From assembly GCA_963666315.2 (NCBI GenBank), contig CAXXHG010000040.1, positions 32,001 through 96,000 on the forward strand: DNA of 64,000 bases. The letters run 5' to 3'. Positions 9,059 to 18,656 of this stretch are shown in pieces. The position numbers were made by a program, and so were the translations under genes. Each line of letters starts with the position of its first letter. Position 1 is the stretch's first letter. The notes under the pieces are model-generated. The model was not told the origin of the DNA, searched no databases, and worked only from the letters and a program-made list of their open reading frames with translations. This DNA is from Candidatus Binatia bacterium. Its GTDB lineage: Bacteria > Desulfobacterota > Binatia > Bin18.

Positions 9059-10315
9059 ATGCAAACCCAACACACCGGCAACGGGAGTAACGGAACATCC
9101 TTTTCCTGGCCTAGCGAGGGTGTAGCGCGGGTGCCGTATCAGGTTTTTTTTGATCCGGACATTTACGCCCAAGAGCAGGCTAAACTCTTTCGGGGCCGGA
9201 CGTGGAACTATGTCGCGCTCGAAGCTGAGGTTGCCCAGCCCGGCGATTTCAAATCGACCTTTATCGGTGACACGCCCATTGTTGTCACGCGCGATAAAGA
9301 AGGCGGGCTGCAGGCGTTTGTGAATCGTTGCGCACACCGGGGCGCACTGGTCTGTCGCGAGCTGTCCGGCAATCGTCCCACACACACCTGCATCTACCAC
9401 CAGTGGAGTTATGATCTCAAGGGTAATCTTATTGGCGTGCCGTTTAAGAGAGGTATAGGCGGGGTGGGTGGCTACGGCCCAGATTTTGATCTCTCCCGGC
9501 ATACCCTCCAAAAGCTGCGGGTTGCAGCCTACCGCGGACTTGTCTTTGCAACTTTCAGTCAGGAAGTTGAATCGCTTAAAGACTATTTGAGTCCTGCCAT
9601 GTGTGAGTGGCTGGATCGGCTCTTTGACCGGCCTGTGCAGGTGCTAGGGTACACGCGTCAATGGGTAAACGCCAACTGGAAGCTGTATTTCGAGAATGTC
9701 AAAGACCCGTACCACGCGAGCCTGTTGCATCTATTCCATGCTACGTTCGGGCTCTATCGTTCGTCTCAAGCTGGCGGCGTGATCCTGGACGCGCACTCTC
9801 GACACGACGTGCTGCACGCTGAGCCTAGGGCGCAAGAGGACCTGTCTGCGTATGAATCTGGGCTGCACAGCTATCAGAAGGGCTATACGCTGGCGGATCC
9901 GTCTGTCCTACAAGGCCGACCGGAGTTTGAGGGCCTATTCATCCAGACAATTTTTCCGTGCCTCGTCGTTCAGCAGATCTCGAATACATTGGCCGTCCGG
10001 CAGCTCCTGCCCAAAGCGCCGGATCGGTTCGAGTTGATCTTTACCTACTTCGGGTATGAAGACGATGATGCGGAGTTGCGCGAGATCAGGCTGAAGCAAG
10101 CCAATCTGGTAGGCCCGGCCGGACTGATTTCTATGGAAGACGGGTACGCCGCTGAGATCGTGCAGCAGTCGGTTACTGGTGACTGCAGCGCGGCCTCGTT
10201 TGTTGAAATGGGTGGAACCGGCGTCGCGAGCGAAGAGAGCCTGATAACAGAAACCGCTATTCGTGGTTTTTGGGGCTATTACCGCGATGCCATGGGCTTT
10301 CAGTCCGGAGCATAA
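9059..10315 (+). CDS. Aromatic ring-hydroxylating Rieske oxygenase alpha subunit (salicylate 5-hydroxylase/anthranilate/terephthalate group)
   Basis: Rieske CAH-x17-CIYH; mononuclear Fe motifs ENVKDPYHASLLH and SMEDG. Confidence 0.9.
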   Translation: MQTQHTGNGSNGTSFSWPSEGVARVPYQVFFDPDIYAQEQAKLFRGRTWNYVALEAEVAQPGDFKSTFIGDTPIVVTRDKEGGLQAFVNRCAHRGALVCRELSGNRPTHTCIYHQWSYDLKGNLIGVPFKRGIGGVGGYGPDFDLSRHTLQKLRVAAYRGLVFATFSQEVESLKDYLSPAMCEWLDRLFDRPVQVLGYTRQWVNANWKLYFENVKDPYHASLLHLFHATFGLYRSSQAGGVILDAHSRHDVLHAEPRAQEDLSAYESGLHSYQKGYTLADPSVLQGRPEFEGLFIQTIFPCLVVQQISNTLAVRQLLPKAPDRFELIFTYFGYEDDDAELREIRLKQANLVGPAGLISMEDGYAAEIVQQSVTGDCSAASFVEMGGTGVASEESLITETAIRGFWGYYRDAMGFQSGA

Positions 10316-10339
10316 TCGCCAAGTATAATCGGAGGAGTC

Positions 10340-10834
10340 ATGAGCGTGATGAATGCCATTGAAACACGCTTTGCGGTCGAAGATCTGCTGTATGCCTATG
10401 TCGATTGCCTGGACCATAACCGGCTTGAGGAATGGCCGGATTTTTTTGTCGAAGACTGTCTGTACCAGATCATCCCGCATGAGAATGCATCTCAGGACCT
10501 GCCGATCTCACTCATCTATTGTGACAGTCGGGGTATGCTGCAGGATCGCGTGACCGCCCATCGCACAGCGAACTATTATGCACCGCATTTATACCGACAC
10601 ATCGTCAGCGGTGTACGGATTCTTGGTGAAGAAGATGGCGTGGTCTCCGCCCAGGCAAACTACGTCGTACTTCAGACGCATCTTGATCCGATCGACTACG
10701 GCAGCACCGAAGTCTATAGCGCGGGCGAGTATCGAGACAAAATTATTTTCAAGGATGGCTTGGCGAAGCTGAAAGAGAAGATCGTTGTCGTTGACACGAG
10801 TCGCATTTCGTCGCTGTTAGCAACGCCGCTGTAG
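10340..10834 (+). CDS. Ring-hydroxylating oxygenase beta subunit
   Basis: LEEWPDFF, CDSRGMLQDRV and LATPL end; follows the alpha subunit. Confidence 0.9.
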   Translation: MSVMNAIETRFAVEDLLYAYVDCLDHNRLEEWPDFFVEDCLYQIIPHENASQDLPISLIYCDSRGMLQDRVTAHRTANYYAPHLYRHIVSGVRILGEEDGVVSAQANYVVLQTHLDPIDYGSTEVYSAGEYRDKIIFKDGLAKLKEKIVVVDTSRISSLLATPL

Positions 10835-10880
10835 ATGCCATATTGTTTGGTTGTTTGGAGGGGTGGCTGGCCGGTCACCG

Positions 10881-11540
10881 CTACGTCTGTAGTACTGCCC
10901 GTTTCCCTGCCATCCAGACTATCCCCAGCGAAATCACACTCCACAGTCCCGCCCACACAAACGCTGGCACGGCTGTTATCTCCGCCAGAATAACGGCGTC
11001 CGTCCGCGTACCGATAAACAGAAAATCGGTTAGATCGTATACCGCATACAGCGCACTCGTCACTGCAAGGATGTCGACAATGTAATGGCTGCCAGGAAAA
11101 GGTCGGCGCGATAGAAAAGCGAAGGCCACGGCTGTGCCCAGACCAAAAGCTAACCCAAATCCGTTGCGAACAAAAAAGATCGTGACCAGGCCGAAAAAGA
11201 TCGCCAGCCCAAAGAAGACGGCCGAAGCCCACTCCTGCCGCGTTGAGAGCAATAAGAGAAATCCACCGAAGAGCGCGCTCCCGATATAGCCCGCTGCGGC
11301 GATGAAGAGCGAATTCCCGCCGGCATGCTGGACATAGCCCGACTGCCACGGCGTCACGACCATAGCGATGACTTGGCCTCCAGTGAGAATTGTTGTCAGG
11401 GCATGGCTTGCTTCGTGGATGAAGACCACAAAAATTTTTACCGGATAGAGCAAAGGCGTATGCCAGAACACGAGAGACAGGAAGCCAATGCTGAGGAAAA
11501 CAATGAGCTGGCGGATATTCAAGCGTTGCTTATTCTGCAT
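10881..11540 (-). CDS. M50B-like membrane metallopeptidase
   Basis: HEASH motif, AAGYIGS, TDA and multiple TM segments. Confidence 0.85.
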   Translation of the reverse strand: MQNKQRLNIRQLIVFLSIGFLSLVFWHTPLLYPVKIFVVFIHEASHALTTILTGGQVIAMVVTPWQSGYVQHAGGNSLFIAAAGYIGSALFGGFLLLLSTRQEWASAVFFGLAIFFGLVTIFFVRNGFGLAFGLGTAVAFAFLSRRPFPGSHYIVDILAVTSALYAVYDLTDFLFIGTRTDAVILAEITAVPAFVWAGLWSVISLGIVWMAGKRAVLQT

Positions 11541-11618
11541 AGGCGTACTGTTCCTAAGCGGTTCTCATGAAGATAGATCCTCTGATGTAGGCATAGGATA
11601 TGTTCTCGAGCGAGGCAG

Positions 11619-12725
11619 GTGAACCACCAGGACGAATCGGACAACCCAGTGCTGTTTCGTGCGCTTGGTCTACGTCACCAGACTGAAGGAGGGAACAATC
11701 GGATGGTCTTAAGCTGGGGACAAGAGATGCTGAGAAAGGCTCCCTTGAAGTCGGTGCTGCCAGGAGCCTTCCTACAGCTCTGTTTTCTCCTCATAGTGAC
11801 CGGCGGGTTTGCTGTTGCTGAAGAGAGTAGAACAACACAGAACCAAACGGAAAAAGCTCCTTCTTCATCAACCCTTTTGTACTATTCAGACTACTTCTCC
11901 TTTATCGGAAAGGATGAAAAAGGGCGAGTCGCTTTTGCGCTGGATAATAACCGTGGACAGGATGGCAATTCCTGGCAGGCCGAGCATTTTGTGGTGCTGC
12001 ATGCCGAGCAGGAAGGACGACAAGGTTGGGTCACGGTGGCTGGCAATGGCTCTTATAAGAATCAGAAGCATGAATTGCAGACGATTCCGGACTCGGATTT
12101 CTTTCAGTTCGAAGGGAAGCCGTCTCAAGGCATTGTCATTCGGAGTGCAAAGAATCAGCTGACCTTACAGTTAGAACCGATTCCCGTTCGGCTCACGCGT
12201 ACCCATAACGGTGGACAGTTTCTCATGGGTTCCGCTCCAGGAGTGCTTAAGTGGAAAGGCCGGACACTCAAAGGACGCGTGATCTACGAGTATTTGCACA
12301 TGCCGAACTTTAACCGCCTCACCAGAAAATATCCTGGTATGTGGAAGGACTTTCACGGGCTGTATGCATGGGTTGAAGGCGGAGGCGATCTATATGTCCA
12401 TGACCAACAGGGCGAACTCTTTAAGCCCCTTGTCGGCGAACTGGTTGGCTTCACGGTTCTGGATGGGAAAGATATAGCTCTTGAGGACTTGCGCGTCGAA
12501 GTCCTTGAAACACAACAAGCCAAGGGTATGTATCGTTGGCCTATCCATTGGCAGGGCGGCTGGACGATGCATACTAAGCCCGCCACTTTTGAGCTGCGAT
12601 TGTCCGAACTCGAGGTGATTAGTAATTGGGTCGTAGGCGGTTTTTCCATGGGGGTTATCACCGGCGAGCTGAGCGTCGGTGGGCGGGAAAAAGCGCTGTA
12701 CGGGTTGGGGGAGCTATTGATTTAG
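11619..12725 (+). CDS. Secreted hypothetical beta-rich protein (start probably 11703 or 11727)
   Basis: Long ORF with a signal-peptide-like segment ending AVA-EE. Confidence 0.7.
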   Translation: MNHQDESDNPVLFRALGLRHQTEGGNNRMVLSWGQEMLRKAPLKSVLPGAFLQLCFLLIVTGGFAVAEESRTTQNQTEKAPSSSTLLYYSDYFSFIGKDEKGRVAFALDNNRGQDGNSWQAEHFVVLHAEQEGRQGWVTVAGNGSYKNQKHELQTIPDSDFFQFEGKPSQGIVIRSAKNQLTLQLEPIPVRLTRTHNGGQFLMGSAPGVLKWKGRTLKGRVIYEYLHMPNFNRLTRKYPGMWKDFHGLYAWVEGGGDLYVHDQQGELFKPLVGELVGFTVLDGKDIALEDLRVEVLETQQAKGMYRWPIHWQGGWTMHTKPATFELRLSELEVISNWVVGGFSMGVITGELSVGGREKALYGLGELLI

Positions 12726-13760
12726 ATAGTCGATCAGACAGACAGACAGACCGTCAATCGATTTTCGCTTGTTCCTGCAGCCACTGCCCAATAGCGTCGT
12801 GTGCCCGAGCAGGATGCCCAGATGTTTCTCATTCGGGAGAATGGCAGATTCGGAAGACTCCTGCAGGTGAGGAGGCGCGAAATCTCTGTACCCGATCACG
12901 GCTTTCGGGAGAAATAATTCATCCTCAGATCCAATCCACAAACCGAAGGGTCGGTCGAGTTGTGCAAACTGCTCTTGTGGAGCGTACGGGGTAATGGCGA
13001 TCGCCATATTCCGGGTCAGGCTACCCGTCATGCCGGGATCACTGGCGAGGAGTTCTGCTGGATAGTTCAAAAACACGGCAGGCGTATTGCCAAATAGTCT
13101 TCCGCCCGTCATCCCTGACAGAATGAAAACCCAGGTGCGGACGGTAACAAAGGTGTTTATCTCATCACTCGGTCGCGCAGTCTGTGACAATCGTCCCAAC
13201 TGCGGGGCAAGCAAGACATAGCCATCAACTGCTTCCCTTTTTTCCCAGGTCGCATAATTAAGGCTGAGGCCGGCTCCAGAGGAGTGGCCGCCGACAAACA
13301 AGGGTACGTCCGGCTGCTGGCGTCGAAAATGCTGAACAAAGGAGCGCACGTCTTCCCAGACTTGTGCAACACTGGGGGCATCTCCTTTTGCCCCTTTGGA
13401 CGCACCATGGCCACGAATATCAACCAGGATGGTGGAGATCTGACATCTGTCACGTAAGTGCGTCGCCAAATGAAGATAGCTTGCAGTACTATGCGCTCCT
13501 CCGCCATGATAGAAAAGCAGTTGAGCCAGCGCTGGCTGGTGCGGAACATACGCGTAATAGGCGAGCCCAGTCCCATCTGTGGCTTCAAGGTATTGTGGCT
13601 TGACACTGTCAGCTGGTCCGGCCGTACTCAGTGCAGTGAGGAAAGCTTGTAACATATGTGGACTTTCTGATGGCTGAGAATTGTGTCGGATGAAGAGAAA
13701 GAGCCCTATCCCCAAGAGGCCGGCGAGTATGCCGAACGTGGCAAGCGGACGACCTCGCAT
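12714..13760 (-). CDS. Membrane-anchored alpha/beta hydrolase (lysophospholipase-like)
   Basis: N-terminal TM, HGGG, DIRGHG and GHSSG nucleophile elbow. Confidence 0.85.
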   Translation of the reverse strand: MRGRPLATFGILAGLLGIGLFLFIRHNSQPSESPHMLQAFLTALSTAGPADSVKPQYLEATDGTGLAYYAYVPHQPALAQLLFYHGGGAHSTASYLHLATHLRDRCQISTILVDIRGHGASKGAKGDAPSVAQVWEDVRSFVQHFRRQQPDVPLFVGGHSSGAGLSLNYATWEKREAVDGYVLLAPQLGRLSQTARPSDEINTFVTVRTWVFILSGMTGGRLFGNTPAVFLNYPAELLASDPGMTGSLTRNMAIAITPYAPQEQFAQLDRPFGLWIGSEDELFLPKAVIGYRDFAPPHLQESSESAILPNEKHLGILLGHTTLLGSGCRNKRKSIDGLSVCLIDYLNQ

Positions 13761-14044
13761 TGCATTACCCTTCACATCTGTCAGCACTCGCCCATGCGAA
13801 TGATACTCCGACCTGGGATGAAATCTAAGAGTTCACGTACATCTACGTCAGTCGGTTGTATGGGTCTATCCAATCAAAATGATTGAGTGCTGTATCAAGT
13901 TGAATGCTTTTAGCAATCATGTTTAAAAAAAGATCAACGATATCAATATCTTATCGATAGTCGAGCCTGGCATGTATTTTGGTCTAGAGTAAGGCTAGTA
14001 AAATAGGCGAGAAAATTGCCATTATCAAGAAAGGAGCAGAAAAA

Positions 14045-14992
14045 ATGGATGTAATCAAAGGCCATCACCATATTACGTTGTGCGTCGGGGGAGCGCAGGA
14101 AGACTATGACTTTCATACGCAGCTGCTCGGACTACGGAGTGTGAAGAAGACCGTCCTCTTTGATGGGACCGCGCCAATTTACCACTTGTACTATGGAAAT
14201 GAGACCGGAGATCCGAGCACCCTGGTGACCACTTTTCCGATGCGTCAGTCGGGTCGAAAAGGACGCAAGGGAAGCGGTCAAGTAAAAATCCTGGCTCTTT
14301 CAGTTCCCAGTGCGTCGCTCGATTTTTGGTCAGAACGACTGAACACTTTCGGTTATCAGAATACGCGACTGGCTCGCTTTGACGAACAGCGGGTGCATTT
14401 CGAGCATCCGTGCGGTATTGAGTACGAGCTTGTTGGGGATGATGCTGATGAGCGAAAACCGTGGACGACGGAAGACACGCCGGCGGCGGTCGCGGTCCGC
14501 GGAGTGCATAGCATCACGGTCTCAGTGCAGGACCTGACCCATCAGGCTGAGTTTATGGACGATGCGTTTGGTTTTCGGAAAACGGTACAGGACGGGCCAT
14601 ATACGCGTTCTGAAGTCAAAGACGGTGGGGCCGGTCGGATCGTTGAGCATGTCCTTGAGCCTGACGTCGGTCAGGGGAGCTGGACGTTTGGTGAAGGCAT
14701 TGTCCACCACTGTGCCTTTCGCGTTGATGGAAATGAGCCCCAGCTTGCGTTTCGGGATTATGTCGAGGGCATGGGCTATACTGATGTTTCCGATGTCAAA
14801 GATCGCAAGTATTTCTACTCGGTCTATGTCCGGACCCCGGGTGGAACATTATTTGAAGCCGCGAATTCTGTGGCCGATGGCTTTATGATCGATGAACCCA
14901 AGCAGGATCTCGGCAAAGACTTCCAATTGCCGCCCTGGTATGAGGATCGTCGCCAAGAGCTTATTGGTGCGCTTGAACCGATTGAGTACTAA
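14045..14992 (+). CDS. VOC ring-cleaving dioxygenase (MhqO/LinE/PcpA-like)
   Basis: GHHHIT, KKTVLFD...YHLYYG, VHHCAF and DRKYFYSVYVRTPGG..FE motifs. Confidence 0.88.
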   Translation: MDVIKGHHHITLCVGGAQEDYDFHTQLLGLRSVKKTVLFDGTAPIYHLYYGNETGDPSTLVTTFPMRQSGRKGRKGSGQVKILALSVPSASLDFWSERLNTFGYQNTRLARFDEQRVHFEHPCGIEYELVGDDADERKPWTTEDTPAAVAVRGVHSITVSVQDLTHQAEFMDDAFGFRKTVQDGPYTRSEVKDGGAGRIVEHVLEPDVGQGSWTFGEGIVHHCAFRVDGNEPQLAFRDYVEGMGYTDVSDVKDRKYFYSVYVRTPGGTLFEAANSVADGFMIDEPKQDLGKDFQLPPWYEDRRQELIGALEPIEY

Positions 14993-15020
14993 ACTCTTGC
15001 CTATTTGATGAGGAGGTCTA

Positions 15021-15614
15021 ATGGTGCGCTTTACTGGAGTTAATCATCTTGCCTTCGTGACTGGAGACATGGATAAAACTGTCCGCTTTTGGCGTGACTT
15101 GCTTGGCATGCGGCTGGTTGCCACGATTGGAGAGCAAGGCTTTCGACATTATTTCTTTGAGCTGTCTGAGACTGATACGGTTGCCTTTTTCGAATGGGAC
15201 GGGGCGGAGCCTGTGCCAGAGAAACGCCATGGGGTGGCTTTCCGTGGTCCGATTGCGTTTGACCATGTGGCGTTTGGTCTAGAATCAGCAAACGAACTAT
15301 GGGAACTCAAAGACAAATTGGCGGCAGCCGGGTATGAAGTCTCCGGCCCTATTGATCATGGATTTATCCATTCGATCGATGCGTTTGACCCCAACGGCAT
15401 TCCCATCGAGTTTACCTATAACGTGCCAGGTATTGATATCCGCAAGACGCCTGTCTTTGGCGACAAAGATCCCGCAGCAACCGCGCAAGAAGGCACCGAG
15501 CCACAACCGGACGTGTGGCCTGCCGTCTTACGACCGACCCCAGCCGCACAACGGACTATTAAGAAAGGTGCAGGGGGTGAGTTAGGATCGTATCGTCAGA
15601 AAGAAGCGCAGTAG
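15021..15614 (+). CDS. VOC/glyoxalase family protein
   Basis: GVNHLA, FDHVAF and DPNGIPIEF motifs. Confidence 0.85.
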   Translation: MVRFTGVNHLAFVTGDMDKTVRFWRDLLGMRLVATIGEQGFRHYFFELSETDTVAFFEWDGAEPVPEKRHGVAFRGPIAFDHVAFGLESANELWELKDKLAAAGYEVSGPIDHGFIHSIDAFDPNGIPIEFTYNVPGIDIRKTPVFGDKDPAATAQEGTEPQPDVWPAVLRPTPAAQRTIKKGAGGELGSYRQKEAQ

Positions 15615-15659
15615 ATCCGGCTCTTCAGGAGTAGAGAGGCATGTTTCCTGCGGAACGGA

Positions 15660-16259
15660 CTACAATGCCGCGATCGGCGCGGCGAGCTCTTCCTCAGCCT
15701 GCGGATTAACAATCGGATCCGCACTGAGGTCCATGTCTTTGGCCGTCCGCATTGTCCCAATGATCCAGTCTGCCAGCACGTTCACCACATTGAGGTTCTG
15801 GTAGGGATAGCGGTGGTGAATATAGTGATGCGTGTTCACGAATTTGAAGGCGCGGGTGTGTTCGATCCAGCGGTTACTCGGGACATGCATACAAAAGTGC
15901 ATATATTCATACAGCATATAATCGCCCGTCAGCCCAAGGAGGCCGCCAACAAAGACCGGCCAGCCAAACAGCCAGCCCAGGCCCAGTAACAGCGGTAAAT
16001 GCAGTCCGATGAGCAGCGGAGCATTCCACCACGCAAACTTGACTTTTTTTTCATCAACTCCAGGTTGGATATGGTAGGTGGGGTCCGCCCGGAAGAGGCC
16101 GTGGTGAACCAATGCATGCGCGTGGAAAGAATAGGGCAAAGTCAGCGTGTGCATCAAATATTTATGCAACGCCCATTCAAAAAAACTGGCATACAAAACA
16201 ATTCCAACAAACCCAGCCGTACCTGTTGCCAGTCCCCAGAGGAAGAGTTCAAGAGTCAA
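15660..16259 (-). CDS. Fatty-acid hydroxylase/sterol desaturase-family membrane di-iron protein
   Basis: His boxes HKYLMH, HALVHH, HFCMH and HHYIHH. Confidence 0.8.
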   Translation of the reverse strand: MTLELFLWGLATGTAGFVGIVLYASFFEWALHKYLMHTLTLPYSFHAHALVHHGLFRADPTYHIQPGVDEKKVKFAWWNAPLLIGLHLPLLLGLGWLFGWPVFVGGLLGLTGDYMLYEYMHFCMHVPSNRWIEHTRAFKFVNTHHYIHHRYPYQNLNVVNVLADWIIGTMRTAKDMDLSADPIVNPQAEEELAAPIAAL

Positions 16260-16363
16260 TGTTTGCCGCCTTTCCCGTATGACGTCCCGCTCCTCATCTC
16301 CCGGCTCCTAGCCGAGAAACGACTCCGTGGGGACGCTATTTTTCTAATATGGATCCTGTTGAG

Positions 16364-16397
16364 TATGAAGTCCTGCTTGTTATGAAGTCCTGCTTGT
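16364..16397 (+). repeat. 17-bp tandem duplication TATGAAGTCCTGCTTGT x2
   Basis: Read directly, in the divergent intergenic region. Confidence 0.8.
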
Positions 16398-16577
16398 ATA
16401 GAGAAAAGCCGCCTGCCTGGCAATAGCCTATTTTGTAGGCATGCAAGATTGCAGTGCGACAAATTTCAGTGTAACTGATTCCCTTTCCTAAGTCCCGTCC
16501 GGGATGATACTTGACGCTGAAAAACAACTTGCCTAAAGGATGGAGACGCTTCATACGTCTCGTGGAGGTATATTATT

Positions 16578-17720
16578 ATGTCCGCACCAGATGCCGCTTC
16601 ATCATCAATACCAATGCACGACTACTTTATTGTCTCAGCAGACTGCCATGTGCTTGAGCCGCCGGATCTGTGGGAGAAGCGGATTGAGGCGAAGTTTCGC
16701 CACCGGATTCCGCGACTGGAGGTTGATGCGAACGGTCGGAAATGGCTGGTGGTTGAAGGTCAGGGGAAAAAGGGTATCCGTGACTTCACTCTGGACGGGG
16801 AAGATTTAGAACGGGCCAAAGGTGGCAGCTTTGATCTTGCCAAGCGCTGCCAGGATCTGGATCGGGATGGCATTGATGCGGAAGTCATCTACCCAAACCG
16901 TGGTCTTTTGATGTGGACGTCGCCTGATACAGCCATGCAAACCGCCATGTGTCGGGTCTGGAATGACTGGGCGATTGAAGTCTTTGGGCCGTCCCAACAG
17001 CACTCGGTGCCGACTGCGGCAATCGCCCCGCAAGACGTTGATGCTGCCGTGCAAGAAGTGCAACGTGTGGCCAAAAAGGGTTATAAGACCGTCTTCTTAC
17101 CAGTTACCGTCCCGGAGCAGCCGTATAATCTGACACTATACGATCCGCTGTGGGCAGCCATACAGGAGACCGGCATGCCGATTAGTTTCCATGTCGGGAC
17201 GGGCAAAGACCCACGCACGGCAACCGGGAATGGTGGCGCAATCATCAACTACGTCGTGCACGCCTTGTCTACGGCTATCGATCCGGTTGTCCACCTGTGT
17301 GCGTCCGGCGTCTTGGAACGCTTTCCAGACCTCATGTTTGTAACGGTCGAGGCCGGCATAGGCTGGCTCGCCTGGACGCTGTGGGTCATGGACGAAGGCT
17401 TCAAAAAGCATCACTTCTGGATTTCCCCTAAGCTACCGATGCTGCCGAGCGAGTATTTCAGACGCCAAGGCTATGCAACCTTTCAGGATGATCCGATTGG
17501 ACTGGAGACGCGTAAATGGATCGGTACGGACCGTCTGTTGTGGGGCGATGACTATCCTCATCATGAAGGCACCTGGCCGCGATCTCAGGAAGCAATAGAT
17601 CGGACCATGGGCGATCTCACTACAGCAGAACGACGTCAAGTTCTGGGCCTTAATGCGGCTAAGCTGTACGGTTTCGATATCCCCGCCGACAAACGTAACG
17701 CCGAGGGGGCGGAGGCATGA
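16578..17720 (+). CDS. Amidohydrolase_2 family protein
   Basis: SADCH, DLDRDGIDAEVIYP and WGDDYPH motifs. Confidence 0.9.
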   Translation: MSAPDAASSSIPMHDYFIVSADCHVLEPPDLWEKRIEAKFRHRIPRLEVDANGRKWLVVEGQGKKGIRDFTLDGEDLERAKGGSFDLAKRCQDLDRDGIDAEVIYPNRGLLMWTSPDTAMQTAMCRVWNDWAIEVFGPSQQHSVPTAAIAPQDVDAAVQEVQRVAKKGYKTVFLPVTVPEQPYNLTLYDPLWAAIQETGMPISFHVGTGKDPRTATGNGGAIINYVVHALSTAIDPVVHLCASGVLERFPDLMFVTVEAGIGWLAWTLWVMDEGFKKHHFWISPKLPMLPSEYFRRQGYATFQDDPIGLETRKWIGTDRLLWGDDYPHHEGTWPRSQEAIDRTMGDLTTAERRQVLGLNAAKLYGFDIPADKRNAEGAEA

Positions 17721-18052
17721 GTGCTGCAGACATTGAAACACTCCGTATGGACTGGGGCGAAGCCGATAAGGCCCCTGCGGATCGTAAACGCTGGCTTGGG
17801 GCGTGGCTGGTCTCGCGAGATGGAGAAGAAGGCGATTATTTCTACGACGGCCCCGGCGGGCAGGAAACCTCACATGCGGTCCCATCCGAGGCGATTGGAT
17901 TCCGCCTGCGTTGGTATCCAGGTGAGAATGAGGTCGTCGTCAACCTCGAACTCGGTCCCATGGCCAGTGTCGTAGACGACTATTTCTTTGGTGATCCGGC
18001 TGGCCCAATACTCGCTATCGCTGCGCTCGATTTGTTGCCTGAGCAACGCTAG
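17717..18052 (+). CDS. Hypothetical protein (111 aa), translationally coupled to the amidohydrolase
   Basis: ATGA overlap and GGAGG RBS. Confidence 0.65.
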   Translation: MSAADIETLRMDWGEADKAPADRKRWLGAWLVSRDGEEGDYFYDGPGGQETSHAVPSEAIGFRLRWYPGENEVVVNLELGPMASVVDDYFFGDPAGPILAIAALDLLPEQR

Positions 18053-18085
18053 AGCGACCGTACGAGTGATGTGGGGCTTTAAGGG

Positions 18086-18367
18086 TTACTGCAGATTGCG
18101 CTCCAGATATAGTTCGAGCGCCAGTTCATATGCAGCGGGAATTGTTTGTGCCGCGTTCCCCTCTTCAACCTCTCTTTCGGCCGTCAGCTTACACTGATCA
18201 AAACACTCGGTGCAGATTGCGCCGAGACACGGCACTACGGTCTTTCGTCGTGACCCACAACGCGGACACGGATCGAGAGTAGGATAGCGGACTTCGTACA
18301 GGACGGCGGTGCGCGTTGGCTGTTCCAGCTCTTGCTGGCTCTCCTGGGGTTTACGACGATCTTCCAT
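18086..18367 (-). CDS. Small Cys-rich putative zinc-finger protein
   Basis: CPRC...C...CTEC; AGGA RBS. Confidence 0.55.
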   Translation of the reverse strand: MEDRRKPQESQQELEQPTRTAVLYEVRYPTLDPCPRCGSRRKTVVPCLGAICTECFDQCKLTAEREVEEGNAAQTIPAAYELALELYLERNLQ

Positions 18368-18656
18368 TCTGTTCCTTTTCTCCTCTTGCCTCGACTAGAT
18401 GGGTATGAGAACTAAACAAGATTCATGCCTCTTTAGGCGGTGAGCTTAATTTTCTGCTCGCTAAGCAAAAAAGAGAAAAAATCCAGCAATTCTCCTGGTT
18501 TTGGCTTCGTCTCAATCAATTACGCCGAAAGGTTGAATTGTGGGTGGCTCAAAAAATGTCGGGAGTTTGACATTTGTGCCAAAGAATCCCGAGGTTTGTC
18601 CTGGCCTAGCGCTTCTGGTAGGAGGAGGGCCGGTTCAGTAGCCAAAGGAGGCTATC

